Assembly: GCA_964016885.1 (NCBI GenBank) | Contig: OZ024740.1 | Location: forward strand, 67,952,001 to 68,016,000 | DNA: 64,000 nt | From: Eledone cirrhosa | Taxonomy: Eukaryota | Reading direction: 5' to 3' | Shown here: piece by piece, positions 30,495 through 45,600 of the stretch | How the letters are laid out: the number at the start of each line of letters is the position of its first letter | How positions within the stretch are numbered: position 1 is the stretch's first letter | Notes under the pieces: model-generated | The model's input: the letters and a program-made list of their open reading frames with translations, nothing else | Told to the model about the DNA's origin: nothing | Databases searched by the model: none | Position numbers and translations under genes: made by a program

Positions 30495-30994
30495 GTAAAT
30501 AATTAAATGCATATATATATATATATATGTGTGTCCGCACGTGTGTGTGCGCGCACGAGCGTGTGTGTATGTGTGTATGCGTGTTTGTATTGCGTAAAAT
30601 GATTCCCAATGGTGTATATATACACACAAGACCAACGTCATGGGCCACCGTTTGAGTGAAGAATGTCAGACAATCTACCACTTCAATAATGACGGCCTTT
30701 CTCTTCATGTTTCTCTATACAATTCAACCTGGGATCGATATTATTTTGTAGGTTCAAAGTCAAGAAAATATACGTTGCTAACAGTGTCACAAGTGAAAAT
30801 AATTTGATTATATCGATCCCAGGACTTGACAGTTACTTTATTTTATCCCCACTACATACATCACACCCAAACACACCACTCTCTCTCTCTCTCTCTCTCT
30901 CTCTCATCTCACATACACACATACGCACACACACACACACACATATATATATATAATATATGTTTGTGTACATAGTTAAATATAATAGTAATAA

Positions 30995-31180
30995 TTCTTT
31001 CTACTTATGGCACTGGGCCAGCAAATACCCAGTATGTTACTGGTACTTTATTTTATCGACCCCGCAAGGATGAAAGGTAAAGTTAACCTCGGCGGGGTTT
31101 GAACTCAGTCCGTAAAAGGACGTAACTATGCCACAAAGCATAGCATCGGACCCTCTACCGTAACTGCCAATCTACCGCCC
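30995..31180 (-). mobile_element. tRNA-derived Meta-like SINE
   Basis: Reverse complement of the 2426/51951 family. Confidence 0.8.
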
Positions 31181-32147
31181 TATAATAATATATAAATATG
31201 TGTATGTGTGTGTGTTTGTAATCACAGGTCTATATATGTATATATGCACACACACACACACACACACACGCATATATATATATATAGATATACAATATAT
31301 ACAATATATAAAAATATATACACACACCCGGCATAGTTACACATTTTTTCTGTTATGCTATGTAAAACATATCTTCCTAGGCACTCAAAATATATGAACC
31401 GGCCCATATAATCCACAAACTAAACTGAATTATAATTCTGACGAATAGAAGTTATTATTTCTTCCGACCTACTGCCATTGTTGATTAAACTAAAAGATTC
31501 ATGATCAGCAAAATCTTTACTCCATTTTTATGGTTGATTTTTTATAACTCTGTTGGAATTTACTGCCGTTTATCTAATACTAATTTAATGGATGTCAAAT
31601 GTTTATACTCTATCTTTGATCATTGTTTCTTTTATTTCGCTCATTTTATTCCAGCTCAATCAAGATTATAGACCATAATCCCAAATCATAATATGTATCC
31701 AATCTGAAGGGCATTGGAATTGAATATAAATACAATTATATAAAGTGTGTCTGTGAGCAAGATAAAAATGAATCAGCCTATGTTTTTAAGTGTAAAACAC
31801 GTCAGTTTTGAGTCATACCGGTATAAAATAATAGATTATAAACCTAAGCCGACATGTTTTACATTTAACCAAGAAACAGACACAAAATCCCCGGATTGAG
31901 TGCTCTACCTGCTTGCATATTTATTACAAAATTCAACTACCCTATATATATATATACATATATATATGAAGTGTTTCCGTAGGAAAGATAAAGGAAAGGA
32001 GAGTGCTCCTTTCCTTTTTCCTTTTCCTTTTCCTTTACCTTTCCATAATCGAGAACCAAAAACCGAAAAGCGAAAACCAACAAAACAGTGAGTGTGTTCT
32101 GTTACTAATTCTGGCAATATTGCACAAATATGACCCTCCCCAAGTAT

Positions 32148-32220
<73 letters not shown>

Positions 32221-32677
32221 TAGTGCATTTTTGCATGGATATGTAACAATTTGTATCCGTTTCAATGGAATATATACAAACGTTCATATTTGAATGACTA
32301 CGTACGTATGTGTGAATAGTAGTAGTAGACGAAACGAAAAATAATATACCAAACTTTATAAAATATAATGGACGTCACTAAATTCTAATACTTTTCGTGC
32401 TGTCAACTGGCTGAGTTTCGCAAACACATCAAAGGCTCCATTGTCCTGGCATTCCCGTTAAAATACATTGCCAATTGCATGACTGACTTCGTAAACCAGC
32501 ATGAAATTAAAGCTAGCTTAGCAGGCTGGATGAGTGGAACACATTGCAGGCGATATAAGCGATATATATCTATATGCTTATGTTTATATCTTCCTATCTT
32601 TAAAGTTGGACGCAAACGACTGAAAAATAAGTAAATGGTAAAAAAATGTATCATTACAACAAAACAGTATCTTGGGA

Positions 32678-32712
<35 letters not shown>

Positions 32713-33359
32713 CTATGTATGTATGTGTGTGTATGTATGTGTATGTTAGTGTTTGTATATGTTAGTGTGTGTATGCATACATATACATAAGTATAGGCAT
32801 ACATACATACACATACATAAATACATATATACATATAAATAGATACATATGTTTAAATATTTCTTTACTTTTCATTTAACATACTTTTTTCTATACTCTT
32901 TTCTTTTTTATTCTGTCTGTTGATGGTTTTAGGATTAGGATGTTTGAAAATAACAATTAGTAAGCAGAGTATAATATCAGAAAAAACTATGGTAGTAAAA
33001 TACAAATATATGGTTATTTTACTTGGCAGGGCGCTAAAAGCATGTTATACTCCAAAATGAAAAAATGTGAAATGTTATATATCTAAGAATAGAATCTGGC
33101 TCAAGCTCAGTGTTTCATTAGACAGGTGCTCATTCCGATTTTCTTGGCGTTAAGCGACTGAATGTACAAGGCCCCACCATGCCAATAACATGCAGGTTTA
33201 AACCTCCATTTAATGATTTTATTGATCTTCAGCCGGGATTATAGGCCAAGCGGGAAATAAATTGTTTTTTCGAGAACACAACACAAAACCATATCCAGAA
33301 ATCAAACAAACGACATTATGATCATATTTCCAACACCCTAACCACTATACCACACACTT

Positions 33360-33390
<31 letters not shown>

Positions 33391-33419
33391 TCACGCACCC
33401 ACACACGCACATGCCCACA

Positions 33420-33491
<72 letters not shown>

Positions 33492-34894
33492 ACACATGGA
33501 TTTGAGTGTGTGGTTTAGGTTTGGTTTCGGCCGGTTCCGACAAAGGTGATTCCAATTGTTTGATCAACGAACGAGCCTGCACATGAAATTAAGCTAAAGA
33601 GGCCTAGCATTCTACAGATACGTGTAATCATTAACGTAATTCTCTGAGAGATTATATGAAAATGGTAGGCATTCGAACTACAGTTTCAAATCACTTGTTA
33701 TCAACTGAATGGACGGTAGCAAATGGAAATATAACATCCTGCATAAAAACACAACGCAACACCGGGAATTGAACTCTCGATCATACGCGACTGAACCAAA
33801 CACCCAATCCACTAAACCCGGTGCTATTCGTTTGTCTAGATGAAAGATGTTGCTGCTACAAACAAACTTAAATCACAGACATAGAAGTAAATGTGATTTG
33901 CGTCGTGATACACATATCTGACATATGTTCAGAGAGGCGAGAGAAAATTGTAGTGAAATATCTAAATATGTGTTTAAAAATGAATGGTTATAGCCAAATA
34001 AAATAATATATTAATACATTAGTGTTGAAAATGGAGAAAGATATATTGATTAAATGTGCTTTAGATTTAATATAACATGAACATTATTAGATGTTCTATC
34101 ATATAACATTGGCACGTGTTGCTAGTGTGTTCTCTCATTGCTTTTTAAAATAAAATGTGTTATCTCTAAACTTTGATCTATGTAGTGACTAATTAATTAC
34201 ATTAAATGTATTAAACTAATGTTTGACAAATGATTTTAGAAATATCTTGTGATATTGTATAAAACATGAGAAAATGGCTGAATGTTTAACTAGTTTGTTT
34301 CACAATAAATAATGTCGCAGGTTCGATAACATTGCTTGGCAACTTCGTTAAGTATCATTTACTATAGACCCAACTTAATCATTGCCAGTGAAATTGGGAA
34401 GAGGAAAAGTGTTTAGAAGCCCATGGAATCGATTGTATTTTCACTTCGAATGACCAGCCTTGACACGCTCTGTGTTACAGTTAGTCACACCGAGAATTTC
34501 GTCAAGCACACTCGCTGTTGTGAAATGATCAGTCACATAATAATACAAGGTATAGAGTGTGTGTAATTCAAAGGGAAAAGTAACATCAACTTTCACTGAG
34601 AATTACATTAACGGTAGACATAATTGTGGAATGCTCTCGCTATTGAAGAGTAAGTTAACGAGTATTCTGTTCCGTTGATCGACCAACTAGATCATTCATC
34701 GTCGAAAACTGCGGAGGTCCACGTGAACCTTATTAGAATGTCATCCATAACACATTTATATGTGATTCTAGAATGTTCTGCTAATATTTGAAAAATGATT
34801 TTCCAAATACCTTGAGGGGATTTATAAAAAATTAAGATATGGCCGAATAGTAGTTAGCTTCGCAATCGTGAAAACCCAGTTCTGATCATTATTA

Positions 34895-35115
34895 GGGCTA
34901 TGGATTAGCAGTATCGCTAGAGCGTCGGACAACATGCTACGCAGCATCGAGTTACAGCCCTTTACTTTCTGAGTTCAAATCGAGCCAAAGTTAGCTTTGC
35001 CTTTCATCCTTACAGGGTCGATAAAATAAAGTACTAGTTGCCCATTAGTTTTGAATTCATCGACTTTCCCCTCCTCCAAAAATTTGCTGGCCTTTTCCCT
35101 AAATCAGAAACAATT
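34895..35115 (+). mobile_element. tRNA-derived Meta-like SINE
   Basis: gagttcaaat B box and gcctttcatccttacagggtcgataaaataaagtac core. Confidence 0.75.
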
Positions 35116-36672
35116 ATTAGATATTCTTTCATAAAACATGATGCTGGAATATTTTCCGATTGTTTTTTATTATTATTATTATTATTATTTTTTTTTTTTT
35201 TTTTTTGTGTAAATAATTTATCTGTCAACTGTGATCTATGTAGTAATTAATTACATTAAATCTATTAAACTAATGTTTGAAAATTATTTTTGACATATTT
35301 TGTGATATTTTATAGACATCAGATATGGCCAAACAATTAAATAGTTTGTTTCACAATCTAAAAATCAAGGATCGTTACCACTGCTCTAGCATCTTTGTCA
35401 TGTGTCATTTCGCAAAGCCTTGTGTTTACATATGCCATGTGAGAGAAAACGGTAAGGGGAAGCAGTTTGGTTAAACCGTCGGATGTTCTGCGCCTATAAT
35501 TCAAAAGGTTCTATACGATTGCTTAGCAAGTGTGATTTATAATGGCTTCGAGTAGACACAAACCTGTTGTTTGAAATTGAGTAAACTGAGACTGTTGAGA
35601 AGAACCTCAGGTGCACTGAAAGTGACACAGGAGTAAGTACTATTTAATATAGTTTTTATAGATCCAAGACTTATGAGTGAAATTTGGTAGACTGAAACTG
35701 TTTAGAAGCACATCAGGTGTATTGTACTTGTCAATCATGTCATCCACTGTGTCACTCTGAATCCCCTTGAGCATTATAGTATGTCTACATATATCTCTGA
35801 TATGCCTAGTCATTCACACCATAATACAAGATAGATTGTACATAGAATTCAAATGTCTAAGCTTCTCACATATTGTGTCACACTGATGCTACCGAAAATC
35901 ATATTAAATTTAGGCGTGTCTTTGAAATGCCCAGTTATTTGAACGGCAATTACATAAGCAATCTCTTCCAGTGATTGAACAACTAAGACACTCGTGGTTG
36001 AACTTGATGAAGATCAATTCCATATATAATACATTTTATAACATGTTATGTTATACAATATTTTGGTGGAATTGCCTGTCGTTACTCTCAAAAAAGAATG
36101 TGTTATATATAAACATTGATTTACATACTGAGTAATTACTTATGTTAAATGTATTTAACGTAAAGTATAGTGTCGGACGTTGTAACAAGCCTGTAAATAC
36201 ACTGCCCTAGTGATAGTTGAAAGAGAGCTTTTAATCAAAGGTCTACAGAAGAAAGTTTGGCCTGCTTTTTAACAACCACAGTAGAAGAAGGGCCTGAAGT
36301 ATTGGCGGTGGCAGATTATGTTCCTCTGCGCAATTGATGTGATGTTTCAGTGCGGCAATACTAACGGTTTGAGTTATCGTTTTACGTCTCATTCCAGCTC
36401 TTACAAGTTTTAGAGAAGCCCAATGATCAAGGATTCAGGGGTGACAAACATTGAAGAACTAAACCTCCACTGTCACTCGTAAACTGTTTTAGATGAGCTA
36501 AATAAAGCAACGTGAAATAAAGTTCAATGCTTAAGAAAACAAGGCTCATGTCGTCTGAGAATCGAACACAAGACCTAATCATTGTGAGCCCAATCCCATA
36601 TTAATTACAGTAAAGGAGAGACGTTTATGAAAATGAGAAGAGAAGAGTTAAGAAGAATATTATAGAATAAAG

Positions 36673-36755
36673 GGAAGAAGAAGAAGAAGAAGAAGAAGAA
36701 GAAGAAGAAGAAGAAGAAGAAGAAGAAGAAGAAGAAGAAGAAGAAGAAGAAGAGG
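36673..36755. repeat. (GAA)n microsatellite
   Basis: Directly visible. Confidence 0.97.
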
Positions 36756-37365
36756 AGATATAATATTTGTTGTTATTACTATTATTGTTCTTGTAATAAC
36801 TGTTCTGCTGACAATCCAGCATCTGTCAAACATGAATCTTTACGTTTACTTGTGGCCTGCCAACTTCCGGAATTTGAGGACCTATCGACTAGATTCAGAT
36901 TTCAGGCTCTTTTGAACCAGGCATTATTCTACATTACCGTTTCCGATTCCTCAAATGAAGAGTTTTGGTGATATTGTGGCCTTAATACTTATTTCCGTAG
37001 AAGTCATTTGTATTGTTGTTTTTGCTATTGTCAACCGTAATCATGCAGATATAAATTGACCGTCCACACTTTATTTATACATAAAAATACGTGCCATTTC
37101 AGTTTTTAAAGCTGTTGAGATGTAAATCGAGAGTATTTTGGTTATTTCTAACTGTGTTGATGACTACTAGAAGATGATCAATTGTCCCGTAAGGTAGGTG
37201 GCATTTAGTCCCAGGACAATGGAAAGTCGTTCCACATGTGACGCTCCAGTCTTTTGTATTATCCTCGACTACATTTCCTCATTCATTAAAGGTGTGATTT
37301 CAGTAAGATTTACCTATTTCGTGCATATATATGTATATATAGAAAGAGAGATATATAAACAAATA

Positions 37366-37429
<64 letters not shown>

Positions 37430-37759
37430 CCAGCATGGCCTCAGCCGGATGGCTGAAACAGGTAAAAGAGTATACATATACATATTTATATATATATATA
37501 TGTATATATATTTGTGTGTGTGTGTGTGTTCTTTTTTATCTAGCCTTTCCTTTCCTGCATGCTCCCGATCACCCTGTCTCTTCGCTTTATTTACCTTCTC
37601 TTAAGAGTTTAGTATCTGAAATGTTAAGATTCGTTTCCAACTATATCATGCAGTTGTTTAATATGACACCAGTTTATTGTATGAATTAAGTGAAAGAACT
37701 GCGGGACGTGATGCAATAAAACGCCAGTTCCTATTCACGGACCAAAAGAAAAGTATGGT

Positions 37760-38215
37760 AAAAGCATTTCTCTTCAATTCGGTTTTCGTGACAAACCTTA
37801 CCTCTGGTTATGAATCTTCGGTAATGCGCGAAAGAATATGATCACGAATACAAGCGGCCGAAATGGGATTCCTCTTAACAGCATTCAGAGTGATGTTTAC
37901 TCGATAGATTGCATAGCTCAGGGATCAGGGTGTCGCTACTTCTCCACATTGAGAGTTCGCCAATCCGATATTAAGTAAATGAGGACAGAATGTTCCAGGA
38001 AAGAATCCCTGGAGAGATTTTACGGATAAACGCAACCGACAGATTACCCAGGGCTGGACCCCGATCAAGATTGTTGGATTTGGATGAAATCCATAAGCTT
38101 GCTTGATCTCGCTTGAATATTGAGCCGGTAGTATTGGAAATAGGAACCGCTTGAAGGCGTTCTTGAGGATTCTGCCCTAACGCACCTCCCATAAATATGT
38201 GGGAATAGAAGAAGG
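37760..38215 (+). mobile_element. Old 3' fragment of an RTE-clade (Expander/Rex3-like) LINE
   Basis: Translates FNSVFVTNLTSGYESSVMRERI*SRIQAAEMGFL, matching the RTE LTYGxE..RIQAAEMxFL motif. Confidence 0.65.
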
Positions 38216-38283
38216 AGAATATATACATATCGAAAGGAACCACACACACACACACATACGGACACACGTGTGTGTGTGTGTGT

Positions 38284-38336
<53 letters not shown>

Positions 38337-39679
38337 TGTGTATTCTTTTTTTATAATCGAGTGAAGTAAATATAGGATCAAATTGTTATAATTCAGAGGT
38401 TTCTCTATTTTTCATTGTGTTATATATATAGCTCTCTCTTTCAACTTCTTTCTCTTCCCCTCTCTCCCTTCAGGTGCTGGACCTAAGATCATAAGAGTGA
38501 AAGTTTGATTTCTGAACCATGAAGCACGTTGTATCTTGGGCGAGGCGCTTTATTTTAGGTTATTTCTCATAATAGGTCGCATTAAACAATCCCAGAAACA
38601 GTCGAAATGCAGAGTTTGAAAAATAAAAAGGATTAAAAAACTGGAGGTCAGCCAAATATAGAATGGGATGGGCTGTAATTATCATTTTTCTATCTATCCA
38701 TCTATGTCAGTCATCCTATCAATCTATCAATCAATCTATCTATGTTTCTATCTTTCAGATTTATCTTTGTTTATATTAATCTATGTGTAGTTATATAAGT
38801 CTTCATTTTCTTATTATTAGGGCGTAATTTTCTAGTTGATTGCCGAAATGGTTTCGGTCATTAGTTCATATTATTCTTATTTAACTCAACGTCAGCAGAT
38901 TTCTAGCAATCATATCAAACGTCTTCCAGCTACGACTGTCCTATTTTCACTCAAAAGTTTCTCAAACACTACATTACCAAATGTCATAGGCAATAGAGTT
39001 AGAATTTAGTGCGATGTAGCTGCTATTACTAGTAGGAATTAATTTCAACTTTAATTAGGTAAATTACTGGTATGTTCACAAAAATTCCACATCTGAAATA
39101 ACGATTGTTCTTTTCGCATTCAATTTTTATCATTTATTCCATATGTGTGCGTTTGGGCTGAACCTCTTACTCTCAAAACGAAGTATGTTCCTGCTGTTTG
39201 ATCAACTGAATAGATTGCTCTTGAAATGAAATTGTGAATGGGGGAAAATTTCTCAGACACATGTTCTCATGACTTTGATCTCATGGTGATTTAGCAGGGC
39301 AGTAAGTGAAAAGACTAATCAATTATATTACAGGTACAACTCATACTTTTCAGCTCATTAGAGTGTAGTAAAAGGAAAAAAAAAAACTTGCTGAAAGGAA
39401 CAAAAGCCGGCAGGTATCGAAATCACGACCTTACGAACAAGGGCCCAATACCCCTCACCACAAAGCCACGCACCTTCATGGTTATTATATAAATGAATAT
39501 TTTAAAAAAGAAGTTAAATAACGTATTTGAGTAGATATCTCTCAGCAACTATTTGATGAATACAGCAAAAAATCTTTTGACAAACCTGTCAAAAATCCTT
39601 ATTACAAAATTTATTAAGTAATAACTTACTGTGCATTATACAATTAAACGTATATGCATATATATACATACGTACATAT

Positions 39680-39766
<87 letters not shown>

Positions 39767-40402
39767 TATATGCATATATATATATATATACAAGCATATC
39801 TATCAATATATACATACACGCATACATTTTTTAATCTATATATAGAGCGATGAATAATAGAGGGGGAAATCTTATACACAAATCTTACAGAAAGGAAATT
39901 AAGAGAACGCGGTCCTGACATGAATGGCTGCCCTGAAGGGATGGAATCTCGGTTTGGCTCCTTAATGGCATCAGATGAAAATCATGACCACTGTTGATGT
40001 TTTCCGCGTAATGCAAATATAATGACCTTCCACACCAACACAAATCATAATAATAATTGTTCTGCATTAGGCACAAGGCTTGTAATTACCTAGTACATTA
40101 CTGGTGCCTTATATTACAGACCCAGTAAGGCAAAGTTAACCTGGTGGTATTTAAAATCAGAATGTAAAGGATCGCAACTCTAATGAGGATGCATATATAT
40201 ATATATATATATATATATAAACATGAGAAGAAAGAAGAATACTGCGTGGTTTGCACATGGGGTACATATGATAAAAATAGTCTTTCGTCAGTGATTTGCC
40301 AACCATCATTGGTATTTCATCGCATATATACATGAGGCAACCGGAATCAGAATCAGTATATCCAAGGCCGCTGCAATTACTCATTAAATATATATATGTA
40401 TG

Positions 40403-40464
<62 letters not shown>

Positions 40465-40494
40465 CCAATAGAGAGAACATTTTTGAAATAAATT

Positions 40495-41395
40495 TTTAAA
40501 AATTCGCTGGACTCACTGTATGTGCGTTTACCGCAGTCTCAAGTTCCAAAACAAAAGGATAATCCAAACGGAACTATCTTCAGAAGACTCTTCTCGCTCG
40601 GAGAATATAAAACTCCCGAGTTTAAAAATACAAACTGACGCCATATAAAACCATTCCCAGATGAGAGTAAATGATGAAAGAAATAATTATGTGTGGTGCC
40701 GTGTGCAAATACAAAAGGCAGGGTGGACAGGTCAATGTCCTGCCACTAGAAATAGCAGCAGTCCAAACGGCCAAGTTTTATCTCAAACTTAGGGGAGATT
40801 AATAATAATAAAGTATGTGTTCCTACGTGTAAAAAATACATATAGGGATACAAGTATTATCCAACGCGGTAAAGACACATATAGTCAGTACATCGAATTT
40901 TTTAAAATGTATTTAAACATGTTTTTCTCTATTTGCTAGACCTGGATTTTATATGTTCTGGCTTGTTAATTTATTAACCCGCCATAGAATCATATTGGCA
41001 TACGGTTGGATAATACTTGTATCCCTATAGGTTACAGGTATTTTTTACACGTAGGAACACATACATTATTATTATTAATCTCCGCTAAGGTTGAGATAAA
41101 ACTTGGCCGTTTGGACTGCTGTTATTTCTCGTGGCAGGACATTGACCTGTCCACTCTGCCTTTTCTATTTGCACACGGCACCAGACATAATTATTTCATT
41201 CATCATTCACTCTCATCTGGGAATGGTTTTGTATGGCGTCAGTTTGTGATTTAAACTCGGGAATTTTATATTCTCCGAGTGAGAAGAGCCTCCTGAAGGG
41301 AGTTCCCTTCTCAGTGGAGTTCCGTTTGGATTATCAGTTTATTTTGGAACTTGATACCGCGGTAAAGGCACATATAGTGAGTACAGTGAATTAAA
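40495..41395. repeat. Fold-back structure with ~370-bp diverged inverted arms, overlapping a ~495-bp direct repeat
   Basis: 40500-40866 is the reverse complement of 41005-41393; 40922-41070 repeats directly at 41415-41560. Confidence 0.85.
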
Positions 41396-41578
41396 AAAAA
41401 CATTTTTTTTTATTTTTTCTATATTTGCTAAACCTGGATTTTATATATTCAGGCTGTTAATTTATTAACCCGCCATAGAACCACATTGGCATACGGTTGG
41501 ATAATACTTGTATCCCTATATGTATTTTTTACACTTAGGAACACAAACTTTATTTTTATTATTATTATTATTATTACA

Positions 41579-42618
41579 GCTGCATTTATCTTGCTTTATG
41601 TTCATACGAGTTATCACCAAGTCACAACCAGTGACCTCAAGAGACAACAAGGTCCGCCATGTTCAAGAAAGAACATACATACTCACACATGCATCTTTAG
41701 GTGTTTAGACTTGTGATGTAGTTATATTGACAGAATCTTCCTTAGTATATGGGCAGTTCCCATTAGTACTAACTTTTGTATTTCTCCTATACGCGAGTTT
41801 CCTGGGATTAGCGATAAGTAATCATTAGACACCTTAGGTATCATTCCTAGAGCGCCTACAAACACTGGTATTGTTTTAGTTCTCAATTTCCACATTTTTC
41901 CAATTTTTATCTCCAGGTCCTTATATTTGCTCAATTTTTCAAATGTTTTTATAGATACATTCTTGTCTATTGGAACGGACATATCAATTAGCAGGCAAAC
42001 CCTCTTTTTAAAGTCCTTCAATATTATATCAGGTCTTTTTGCATCTATTTTTCGGTCTGTTTGGATGCTAAAGTTCCACAAGATTGCGATGTGACTTTTT
42101 TAAGTATGGGAGGTGGTTGATGCTCCCACCAATTCTTTTGATGGGGCAGGTCAACATGCTTACACATTATCCAATGTATGTATTGTGCAGCTCTGTCATG
42201 CCTGTTTAGGTATTCGGTTGGAGCTATAGGACTGCACATTGAAATTATATGGTCAATGGTCTCTGGTTGTTTTTTTACATACACGGCATAATGGGCTGCA
42301 TCCATTTTTTATTATTTTGGCTTGGTAATTTTTTGTTGGCAGACACTGATCTTGTGCTGATATAATCAGTCCTTCAGTCTCCGATTTCAGTCCAGAGGAT
42401 ACCAACCACTGATGGGTTAAAGTTTTGTCAACATCAGGATTGTTAGCTCGTTCTGGGTATTTTCCATACAGAGACTTTTCTTGCCATTTCTTAGCCAGTT
42501 TCTGTAGCAGTTCTTTCTTTGCAGTTACTTTTACCTGCTTTGCTTTTTCTGTGTTTTCCATTTCAGCAGTAAATGGGACTTCTGAAATTTGTAGTCCATT
42601 ACTGTATCTTTGTGCATC
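41579..42618 (-). mobile_element. 3'-terminal 1 kb of Dong family B (Zn knuckle, RLE endonuclease, 3'UTR)
   Basis: Closely matches 47179-48223; RPDI..LIDMSVP..EKLSKY RLE motif; ends in (TAA)n. Confidence 0.92.
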
Positions 42619-45600
42619 ACATCATGTCTCCAGCCCTTATAGTGAGTCTGGGCTAGTTGTTTACACTCGGATACAATGTGAGCCACAGTCTCCTCTCTCG
42701 CTCCAAAGATCCTGCACAGTAGGCTAGCCTCCTCCTTGTAAATATGGTGTTTCAACCACTTCGTTTTGAGGGCCTGCTCCTGCGAAGCCATTAACATTCC
42801 TTCTGTAACCTTTTTAAGGTCTCCTCTTTTCAACCACTTCCATGTCTGTGGATCTCTAAATTCAGTTTTCTCAAAGAAGGTACTATGAAGGGATTTTTCC
42901 TGAAGGCTGCTCTTTCTCCTTGATGTTATTTCCTCATTGGGATCTCCTGGCCTATTGTCCCCTCCTTCAGTACAGTTCTGAGCATTGGCTCCTTACTATC
43001 AGTCACGTATTTTTGTAGGTTGTTTTTCTCCATCTGAACACAGTCCTCTATGCTGATAAGACCCCTTCCACCTTCAGATCTCCTTAAGTAGAGTCTATCG
43101 ACATCACTCCTCTTGTGGAACATATTGTAGATAGTCAATAGCTTCCTAGTCTTTCTATTCATTTCTTTTTGTTCAGCAACATTTCATCTCAGAATTCCCG
43201 CACTGTACCTAATAATAGACACAACTCAGGAATTTACTGCCCTTATGGCATTCCTACTGTTCAGATGTGACTATAATACGCTCCTTACTCTCTGAATGTA
43301 TTCGGTTCTTAACAATTCCTTCATTTTTTTGTTCTTGATGTCATCAGCCTCCAGAACGCCCAAATACTTGTATCGTTCCTCAGAGTCAATTTCCTTTATC
43401 ATATCACCTGTTGGTATCTGGATTCCGTTACTTCTGCTCAACTTACCCCTCCTCATCACAATGACTCCACACTTACTAATACCAAATTGCATACATATAT
43501 CATTGCTGAAAATACGGACAGTGTCAACAAGCACATCCAACTCCTTCTCACTCCTCCCGGAGAGCTTAATATCGTCCACGAAGAGGAGGTGATTGATGGT
43601 AAGCCCTCCCTTTCCCAACCTGTATCCTGCTCTCACTTTTCGCAGTACACTGGTCAGGGGCATCAGGGCAAGGACAAACAACAGTGGGGACAGACTATCT
43701 CCCTGGAAGATACCTCTCTTGATCTTCACGCTTCCCAAGGATTCTGTAGTTGATGTTAACTCTGTTTCCCAGGACTTCATACTTTTGCCCAACAACTGCC
43801 TGATGTTATCTGCCACCTTGAAGATCTCCAGGCTTTTGGTGATCCAAGAATGAGGCACCATGTCAAATGCCTTTTTGTAGTCTATACATCCCATGGCAAG
43901 ACCAGTGTGTCTCCTCTTGCAATTCCTCATTACCATCTTATCAATAAGTAACTGGTCCTTTGTACCACGTGACTTCTTTCGGCATCCTTTCTGTTCGCCC
44001 GGTAACAAGTTGTTTGTGTGGAGGTGATGGTAGATTTCGTCAGACATAAAGCTTGTCAACAGTTTCCACATTACGGACAGACATGTGATAGGTCTATAGT
44101 TGGTAACATCATTACCCTTGATTCGGTCTTTCATTATCAGAACTGTGGTACCTTTTGTCAACCACTCTGGTACCTCACCTGACATCAAGCAGTCATTGAA
44201 CATGGTTGTCAGTTTTGGGTAGAGGGATGTTATGTTTTTAATCCAATACCCCTGCACACCATCCGGGCCAGGTGATTTCCAGTTGGTTAGTTCTTTGGCC
44301 TGCCCCTTAAGAGTTTCAACTGTGATACTCAAATCAGTTTGTTGGTGTGCCTGTTCACAGATCTCCTTGTGTACTGTCTCAATCCACACTGCCTTGTCAT
44401 TATGTTTAACTTCCTGCTCCCATATTCCTCTCCAGAATGTTTTAGTTTGTTCCGCCTCAGGGATCAAGTCGTTGTCTCCTTCTTTCCCTTCAAGCTGTCC
44501 AAACAGCATCTTCTGGTTGTTGTCGAATATGCGGTTCTGTCTATACTGGCTGACTCTGTTCTCGTATCGCCTGATTTTTGCACTCTTTGCTACAATGCGT
44601 TGCTTCAGTTCCTCTATGATCATATTTAGCTTTTTTCTCCTAGTTTTGTACTTTATTTCCAGTCTATTTTTAGTGTCTATGTTTTTTAGTGTCCCATTCA
44701 GTAGGGACTCAAGCTTTCCAATGTCATTTCTCATTTCCCTGATTTTACCACTCAGTCGTTTCTTCCACCAAGGCTCTGCTCTTTCTTGTCTGTTGTTTCC
44801 TCTCGCTTTTATACCAAGTAGTTTCCTCACCGTATTTGCTGTTGCTTTGAGGATATTGTTGCACTGGTGAAGGCTCCTCGCCTCAAGGTGTGGGATGACT
44901 TTGTTTACCTTAGCTGTTGTTTCTTTTAACTTTTTCCTGTCTACAAATCTTAGGTTCATAGGTCTCCCACTATTATTGTTCAATTAACCTACCACTAAGT
45001 TTAGGATATCTACCAAATCTTGTCCTAGCTCGTCAGCATTCATCTCTTCAGTGGCCGTATCTCTGTTCCAGGTATTATTTATCTCAGCATTCAGATGATT
45101 GTCTTTTTCGGGTGGTTCCTCCGTTCTCTCGACCTCTTCACCTTCATTTCCCACTGGCTCATTTGCCTGGCATACTCCACCCTCCATCTCCAAGCTAATC
45201 TCTCTGCTCAGTTCCTCCAGTTCCAGCTCACTTATCCACCCATTAGTTCTTATTACCCGAGCCTGCCCGGCCAGTTTTTGTTAATCTAATTTAAATGGAC
45301 CAATCTCGTTCCAGATGTTATGCATCCTTTTCCTATAGCCTTTCCTCTTGGGGTTACTCTTCAGGTAACATTGCATAACAGTTCTATTCAATTCTTTCGT
45401 CCAGTTGGTTCTGGTCCCTTTCCTTCTTCTTCTTCCTCCGACACCAGCAGTATTTGGTTGACAGCCAGGTCCCTGCTGCTGAGCCAGGGAGCAACTGTTG
45501 GGTGAGAGTCTGTCACATGACATTCTAGTCTCCATTTCACCGTTATTCGAACTGTTTAGGTTCGACATTTAAACACTCTTATCGAGGATTGGCAAATGTA

